Below are positions 58,784-64,000 of a stretch of 64,000 bases of DNA, piece by piece. Within the stretch, counting starts at the first letter, position 1, and every line of letters starts with the position of its first letter. The notes under the pieces were generated by a model that made no database searches, was not told the DNA's origin, and saw only the letters and a program-made list of their open reading frames with translations. The stretch is from the NCBI GenBank assembly GCA_965222375.1, contig CBDCTZ010000016.1, positions 2,720,001-2,784,000 on the forward strand. The letters are read 5' to 3'. Source of the stretch: Polyangiaceae bacterium (GTDB lineage Bacteria > Myxococcota_A > Polyangia > Polyangiales > Polyangiaceae). The translations under genes were made by a program, and so were the position numbers.

Positions 58784-59848
58784 GTGGTCGTGCGCAGGCT
58801 AGCTGTTCTCGTCCTGACTCTAGCGACTCCGCTCCGAGCCGAAGAATCGGGGCAGCCCACGCGTTTTCATTCTACGTTGCGAGCGCCGGAGGGCTGCCCG
58901 ACAGTCTCCGAATTTGCCGCCGGGATCTCGGGCCGTACTCAGTTGGCAGCCCCCGTCGCGACTGCAGCCCAGGCCGACCTGGTGCTGTTTGTTACCGTGA
59001 CCCCAGGTGGCAAGCAGCTCGTCGGTCGCCTGTCGCTTCGCTGGCCGGATGCGGGCAGAACTGCACGGCGTGAAGTAGCCGGTGCCTCTTGCGGGGAGGT
59101 CTTGGATGCACTCGCTTTCGTGGCCGCACTCGCCATCGACCCGAGGGCCCAAGCCACAGCAAGCGACCCAAACCTCGAGCCCGAAACAAAGGCGCCGGAG
59201 CCGGCGACGCTGCCGCCCGCCGAGCGGACTCCCGCCGACACCCCGCGAAGCGAAGGAACCGCATTGCTCACACGGCCAATCGTGTCGCCGTCGACCCCGG
59301 CCTCCACCTCCCGCTGGTATGGGTTGCTGGGAGTTACCGCTGAGCTCGGGACCGCCAGCTCGGGTCCGGCGCCGCTGTTCGGCTTTCGATTTGGCGGCGG
59401 CCTTGGCTATCAACTGAGTGTTGTTGCTGTGGAGGGCGTGGTGGAGGGGGTGCGTCGCAGGGCGCAGGCGGAAGTGGAGGGCTCGGGACAGGCAACGCTG
59501 ACCCTGCTTGCCGCGCGTGTGGGGCCGTGTATTCGGGCGCCGCTCACCGGGGACCTGAACTTGCGTGGCTGCGCGGCGGCGGAAATTGGCGCGCTATCGG
59601 CGGAGGCATCCGGAGTCGTCCGGGCCCAGTCTGCTTTACAGAGCTGGATTGGCTTGGGTGCCAGCGGCGGGCTGACCCTGAGTCTTGCCGAGAGCGTTCT
59701 GCTCGGACTGGAGGCCGGCTTGCTGCTGCCAACCCGGCGTGATCGCTTCGTTTTCGAGGACCGGGGCGGCGGCCAAGACGTTGAAGTGTTTCGTGCGCCT
59801 CAGCTCGCTGGTCAGGGAGCGTTTGCCTTGCAGGCGCGTTTTCCCTGA
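58784..59848 (+). CDS. Secreted protein with probable C-terminal outer-membrane beta-barrel
   Basis: Signal peptide; Cys-pair N-domain (GCP..ASC); Pro/Thr linker; alternating amphipathic strands ending ARFP. Confidence 0.55.
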   Translation: MVVRRLAVLVLTLATPLRAEESGQPTRFHSTLRAPEGCPTVSEFAAGISGRTQLAAPVATAAQADLVLFVTVTPGGKQLVGRLSLRWPDAGRTARREVAGASCGEVLDALAFVAALAIDPRAQATASDPNLEPETKAPEPATLPPAERTPADTPRSEGTALLTRPIVSPSTPASTSRWYGLLGVTAELGTASSGPAPLFGFRFGGGLGYQLSVVAVEGVVEGVRRRAQAEVEGSGQATLTLLAARVGPCIRAPLTGDLNLRGCAAAEIGALSAEASGVVRAQSALQSWIGLGASGGLTLSLAESVLLGLEAGLLLPTRRDRFVFEDRGGGQDVEVFRAPQLAGQGAFALQARFP

Positions 59849-59916
59849 CAAGTTTCCGCATTCTCTCGGATTTCGTGATCGATTCGAGGCCGTGGCGGCC
59901 ATTATCCATTCAGGAG

Positions 59917-60510
59917 ATGGAGGACGGTGCCGCAGCTCGAAGTCCAGCCGCCCGGGATTCCGGAGTGGAGCTGCTAGGTGCCCACCAGTCCCAGGATCGT
60001 CTGACCGAACTCGTCGCGGAGCAGTTCGACTTTGTCTGGCGGAATCTCCGACGCTTTGGGGTGCCCGAGGCGGACACCGACGATGCCACCCAAGACGTTT
60101 TCATGGTCGTTTCGCGCCGGATCGATGACATCGGGGTGGGCAAGGAGCGCGCGTTTCTCGTGAGTACAGCTCTGCGGGTTGCGTCCACGCGTCGTCGTAC
60201 GCGCGCACGTCGTCCGGAATCCCCAGAGGCTGAAATCGAAGACCGGCCTCAGGATGTAGAAACGCCGGAGGCGCTCACGGAAGCGCTTCAAGCAAGGCGG
60301 ACTCTGGACGTCATCTTGGACGGAATGCCTGATGAGCTCCGAGCGGCATTCGTCTTGTTCGAGCTCGAAGAACTCACCGCCCCCCAAATAGCTGATCTCT
60401 TGGCTATTCCGGTGGGTACCGTGGCGTCCCGCGTGCGTCGGGCCCGCGAGATCTTTCGCGCTGCGGCTGAACGCTTTCGGCGCAGCGCTTCCCGAGAGGT
60501 TGCAAAATGA
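59917..60510 (+). CDS. ECF RNA polymerase sigma factor
   Basis: FVWRNLRRFGV..DDATQDVF region 2; RAAFVLFELEEL..IADLLAIPVGTVASRVRRAR region 4. Confidence 0.93.
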   Translation: MEDGAAARSPAARDSGVELLGAHQSQDRLTELVAEQFDFVWRNLRRFGVPEADTDDATQDVFMVVSRRIDDIGVGKERAFLVSTALRVASTRRRTRARRPESPEAEIEDRPQDVETPEALTEALQARRTLDVILDGMPDELRAAFVLFELEELTAPQIADLLAIPVGTVASRVRRAREIFRAAAERFRRSASREVAK

Positions 60511-61469
60511 CCGAGCTGATTCCGTTGGCCCGCAGTGCCTCCGACGATTTCGAAAAGGAGTTGATTCGATCTGCGCGAACGGATGGCCCCGGGCCGGGCG
60601 CGAAGCTGAAGATGCTTGTCGCGTTTGGAGGCGGGGCTGCGGCAACCTCTGCGGCCGGCGTCGCTCAGGCTGCTGCTACGTCGGGTGCGGTCAAGGCTGC
60701 AGCGACGGGCTCCACGCTCGCGGCGGGGACTGCCGCCGCTGGCCACGGCGCCGTCGCGACGGGCGTCGGCAAGGTTGCGACGCTATCTCTGGTGAAGTGG
60801 CTCGGCGCCGGCGCTCTCGCGGGGACTTTGGTTTCAGCTGGAGCCACCGCTGTGATGCCCAGCCGCTCGACCGGTTCGGAGGTCGCGCGCCCCCGCGCGG
60901 CGGCCACAGCTGACGTTACTGAACCCGCCGCACCGTCCCGCCCTGCTGCGGGCGCGCTGGCCCAGGTGCCCGCACCAGAGCTCTCTGACGAGACTGCGGC
61001 TGACGATACGGTATCGCCAGTAGTGTCTGGCTCTCCCGCGGCCAAGGGAGACGTAGTTGCGGAGCTGAAGCTGCTCGATGAAGCGCGCAAGGCTGTCGCT
61101 TCCGGGGATCCGAAGGCTGCGCTCACGGCATTGGACACCCGGGACCGCAAGCACAGCCGGGGAGCGCTGGGCCCAGAGGCGGAAGTGCTGCGCGTGGAGG
61201 CGCTGTTTGCCGCTGGCGACAGGCGCGCCGCTGCCGCGCGAGCGAAGCGGTTTTTGCGCCAGCATCCGGGCAGCCCGCACGAAGGACGCGTGCGCACGCT
61301 CCTCTCGCGTATGAATGTGGTCAAGGTGCCGGCGGTTGTGCGCGGCACGGCGCCAAAGTCGGACCTGCCTGACAAGTCCGCATCGAGTAGCGCTTCCTTC
61401 GGGGCACCGAAGGCGGCAGAGGCGCAGCCCGAGACCAAGCCCAACACGGCGAAGTTCCCAGCACCGTGA
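60507..61469 (+). CDS. Putative membrane anti-sigma factor with C-terminal TPR-like domain
   Basis: 4 bp overlap with the sigma gene; short N-domain; Ala-rich TM; Pro/Ala linker; ELKLLDEAR..AL..EAEVLRVEAL..FLRQHPGSPH. Confidence 0.65.
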   Translation: MTELIPLARSASDDFEKELIRSARTDGPGPGAKLKMLVAFGGGAAATSAAGVAQAAATSGAVKAAATGSTLAAGTAAAGHGAVATGVGKVATLSLVKWLGAGALAGTLVSAGATAVMPSRSTGSEVARPRAAATADVTEPAAPSRPAAGALAQVPAPELSDETAADDTVSPVVSGSPAAKGDVVAELKLLDEARKAVASGDPKAALTALDTRDRKHSRGALGPEAEVLRVEALFAAGDRRAAAARAKRFLRQHPGSPHEGRVRTLLSRMNVVKVPAVVRGTAPKSDLPDKSASSSASFGAPKAAEAQPETKPNTAKFPAP

Positions 61470-61522
61470 TCGATTGTGATCGCTTGCCGTGTCGCTGGCC
61501 ATCACAGAGGTGAGGTGACGAC

Positions 61523-63343
61523 ATGAGAGCAGGACTGACAGTGCTGGCGCTTTCCCTTCTATTTGGGTGCAGCGGTGACAAGGTGAGGTTGGGCGAGACG
61601 GGCGGTGCGGGCGGGCTCGCGGGTGCCGGGAATGCCTCGGGCGCGGCTGGTGGTGGTGCAGGCGGCGCTTCCGGCAACGGGGGCATGGGTGCTTTCCCTG
61701 GTCAGAAGAGCTTGGATCTCGATCTGCTTTTTGTGATCGACAACTCTCTCTCTCAAGCCGACAAGCAACAGGTGTTGAACCGCAGCATGGACGAGTTGCT
61801 GTCTCGGCTGACCAATCCGCGCTGTGTCGACTCGTCGGGCAAACCAGTCGCACAACCCGATACACCCGACCAAGCCTGCCCTACAGGGAGCGAGCGCGAA
61901 ATGGCTGCGGTGAAGAGCCTGCATGTTGGCGCGATCAGTTCCAGCCTGGGTGCGCACGGAGGGGAAACCTGCAGCGCAACGTCGCCGAACTTCAAGCCAG
62001 ATCAAGATGACCGCGCGCGATTGGTTGCGCCCCGGCGCGGAATCCACACCCACGAGAATCAGGGTTTTTTCAGCTGGGGGTCGAGCACGGGGCCCGGCGC
62101 GCTGACCAGCATTCCCGAACTGGTGAAGGCAACTGCCGCCTTGATCACCGCCGTCGGTGAGACGGGCTGCGGCTACGAGGCGCCGCTTGAGGCTATGTAC
62201 CGGTTCTTGGTCGCACCGAATCCTCCCATGATTGTGAAGGAAGAGGGAGGGTTCACCGTTGCCTCCGGCACCGACACGGTGCTGCTCGAGCAGCGCGCGA
62301 AGTTCCTCCGTCCGGGCTCGACCCTAGCGGTCGTGGTGCTAACGGACGAGAACGACTGTTCCATCCGTGATGACGGCCAAAGCTGGATCGTGACCAGCGC
62401 CACTCCCGGGTTGCCTCGCGCGACATCCGCCTGTCAGGTCAACCCGGACGATTCATGTTGCACGTCGTGTGCAGCGCCACCTCCCGCAGGATGTTCGCCG
62501 CACGAACAGGACTCGGAGTGCAGCAAGAACGGAGGCAACTTCACGGCGCCCGAAGACCACGTCAACATCCGCTGTCACGATCAGAAGCGCCGCTTTGGCG
62601 TTGACTTCTTGTATCCAGTCGAGCGCTACGTCCGCGGGTTCTCTCAGAGCACGGTGGAGAATCGAGATGGCAAGGCCGTCGAAAACCCGCTGTTTGCCGA
62701 GATCGGAGGCAAGCAGCGCCATAGCAGCCAGGTTGTTCTTTCGACTATCACCGGCGTGCCCTGGCAGCTGATCGCAACTCAAGACAGCTTGGCGCCGACG
62801 GCACCTCTCGCGCTAATGACACCAGCCGAATTGATTGCATCGGGCACATGGGACAAGCTCGTACCCAAGGGAAATACACCCCCCACTGATCCGCACATGG
62901 TTGAGTCGCCCCTGCCACGCCCTGGGTTGCCGGGGCCGAGCGCGGGACTCCTGGAGGACCCGATGCACGGACACGAATGGGATGTGGCGAAGGCCTTCGG
63001 CGCGCCACAAGGGCCCGGAGATCTCCAGTACGCCTGCATCTTCAAATTGCCGGAGCCGCGCGACTGCACGAGCGCCATCGGTGGCTGTGACTGCGTCACG
63101 GCAGGCCCAAAAGGAAGCAGCCCGCTGTGCCAGGAGACGAACGGCGCATACTCTTCGATACAGCGATACGGCAAGGCGTACCCGGGTTTGCGGCAGCTCG
63201 AAGTCACGCGCCAGCTGGCAGACCGCGGCATCGTGGGTTCCATCTGCCCCAAGACCCTCGAGGGCAGCATCCGGGACTCCGGCTTCGGCTACAATCCAGT
63301 GTTCGAACCGCTGCTTACACGACTACGAGCGTCGCTTGAATAG
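61523..63343 (+). CDS. Cys-rich vWA-like lipoprotein
   Basis: LFGC lipobox; DLLFVIDNSLS (MIDAS-like); GCGYEAPLEA; LTDENDCS; DLQYACIF. Confidence 0.75.
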   Translation: MRAGLTVLALSLLFGCSGDKVRLGETGGAGGLAGAGNASGAAGGGAGGASGNGGMGAFPGQKSLDLDLLFVIDNSLSQADKQQVLNRSMDELLSRLTNPRCVDSSGKPVAQPDTPDQACPTGSEREMAAVKSLHVGAISSSLGAHGGETCSATSPNFKPDQDDRARLVAPRRGIHTHENQGFFSWGSSTGPGALTSIPELVKATAALITAVGETGCGYEAPLEAMYRFLVAPNPPMIVKEEGGFTVASGTDTVLLEQRAKFLRPGSTLAVVVLTDENDCSIRDDGQSWIVTSATPGLPRATSACQVNPDDSCCTSCAAPPPAGCSPHEQDSECSKNGGNFTAPEDHVNIRCHDQKRRFGVDFLYPVERYVRGFSQSTVENRDGKAVENPLFAEIGGKQRHSSQVVLSTITGVPWQLIATQDSLAPTAPLALMTPAELIASGTWDKLVPKGNTPPTDPHMVESPLPRPGLPGPSAGLLEDPMHGHEWDVAKAFGAPQGPGDLQYACIFKLPEPRDCTSAIGGCDCVTAGPKGSSPLCQETNGAYSSIQRYGKAYPGLRQLEVTRQLADRGIVGSICPKTLEGSIRDSGFGYNPVFEPLLTRLRASLE

Positions 63344-63393
63344 CGCGCCCGGTCTCACCAGGTGTGAATCCCGGCGGCGGTAGCTGCCTCCGA

Positions 63394-63417
63394 GCAGGGG
63401 GCTGAGCCCCCGCCTGC
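63394..63417. terminator. GC-rich hairpin between convergent genes
   Basis: GGGGGC-TGA-GCCCCC stem with flanking GCA/TGC; no U tract. Confidence 0.3.
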
Positions 63418-63428
63418 GACCGTACGGA

Positions 63429-64000
63429 CTAGTTGAACGTCGGCAAGTGTGAGTACTCCTTGGAGTACTCGAGCTGTTGCGTGGCGAAGGCCTCGGGGTA
63501 CTCGACTTTCACTGCGGTGATGGCCCCGTCCTTCTCGGTAGCCACCAGTTTTGGCTGAATGAACGCCGAGAACGGCTTAGCGGGCAGCTTGCCGTAGCGC
63601 TCGAGTACTTCCTCGTGGAGCTTGCGGTCCACCTTCACGCCGTAGGTCTCGATGAGCTTCTTGCCCGCGGCGAGGTCGCCTTGGCTCTTGATGCGCTGGA
63701 CCTCCTTCAACAGCTCGCCCCAGAGCTCGCGCAGAGCATCGTAGTCCCGGATGACGAAGTAGGTCTTGCCGTCCTTCTCCAGCTTTTCGATGATCTTCTT
63801 GTCCTTGCCCTTCTCATAGGCCCACCAGCAGACCAGGGCGCGATTGCGCATGTGGGATTGCTCTATGTTCGAGCCTAGCTTCACCCGGGCAAGCTGCACG
63901 AGGAGCCCGTTGCGCACGTAGCTGTCGTATGCAGCCTTGCCTACGTCCATGGACTTCATCACGCCCAGCTCCATGAGCTTCTTGTCCATTACGTAGTAGA
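63429..64000 (-). CDS. Dipeptidyl peptidase III (M49) family, C-terminal part, runs off window end
   Basis: IEQSHMRNR; GELLKEVQRIKSQGD; YGVKVD..LHEEVLERY; FIQP. Confidence 0.8.
   Translation of the reverse strand, partial: YYVMDKKLMELGVMKSMDVGKAAYDSYVRNGLLVQLARVKLGSNIEQSHMRNRALVCWWAYEKGKDKKIIEKLEKDGKTYFVIRDYDALRELWGELLKEVQRIKSQGDLAAGKKLIETYGVKVDRKLHEEVLERYGKLPAKPFSAFIQPKLVATEKDGAITAVKVEYPEAFATQQLEYSKEYSHLPTFN

Noticed and set aside
63358..63392. Group II intron or structured RNA remnant (GGTGTGAATCCCGG)
   Set aside because: Too short, with no supporting domains or RT.
1..64000. CRISPR array, tRNA, rRNA, integrase or transposase
   Set aside because: I recognised no regularly spaced repeats, RNA gene signatures or recombinase motifs by eye. 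A covariance scan was not run.

Overview
GC-rich bacterial chromosome segment, most likely Myxococcota (Polyangiales/Sorangiineae-like). This is inferred from many lipoproteins with Gly/Ser linkers, a MYXO-CTERM protein, vWA/Cys-rich surface proteins and an ECF cassette. The dominant feature is an ~18 kb respiratory nitrate reduction module (12162-30000): a divergent narK, then diheme cytochrome c (NarC-like), narGHJI and two more narK. It faces a convergent unit encoding a hemerythrin-like protein, a CBS protein, a PAS histidine kinase and an unusual REC-GAF-Cys-rich-wHTH-BTAD (SARP-type) regulator. A SARP-like heptamer direct repeat sits upstream of the cytochrome gene. Other notable items: a nitrate-reductase-associated domain fused to a catalytically degenerate MoaC; an FGE-sulfatase/Fam20-like kinase fusion lipoprotein; a four-gene beta-barrel/ECF sigma/anti-sigma/vWA lipoprotein cassette with a shared promoter-like motif; a dispersed ~67 bp intergenic repeat; and several decayed gene fragments. 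I recognised no rRNA, tRNA, CRISPR array, integrase or transposase. All family calls come from motif recognition by eye, with no database searches. Many start codons are best guesses.
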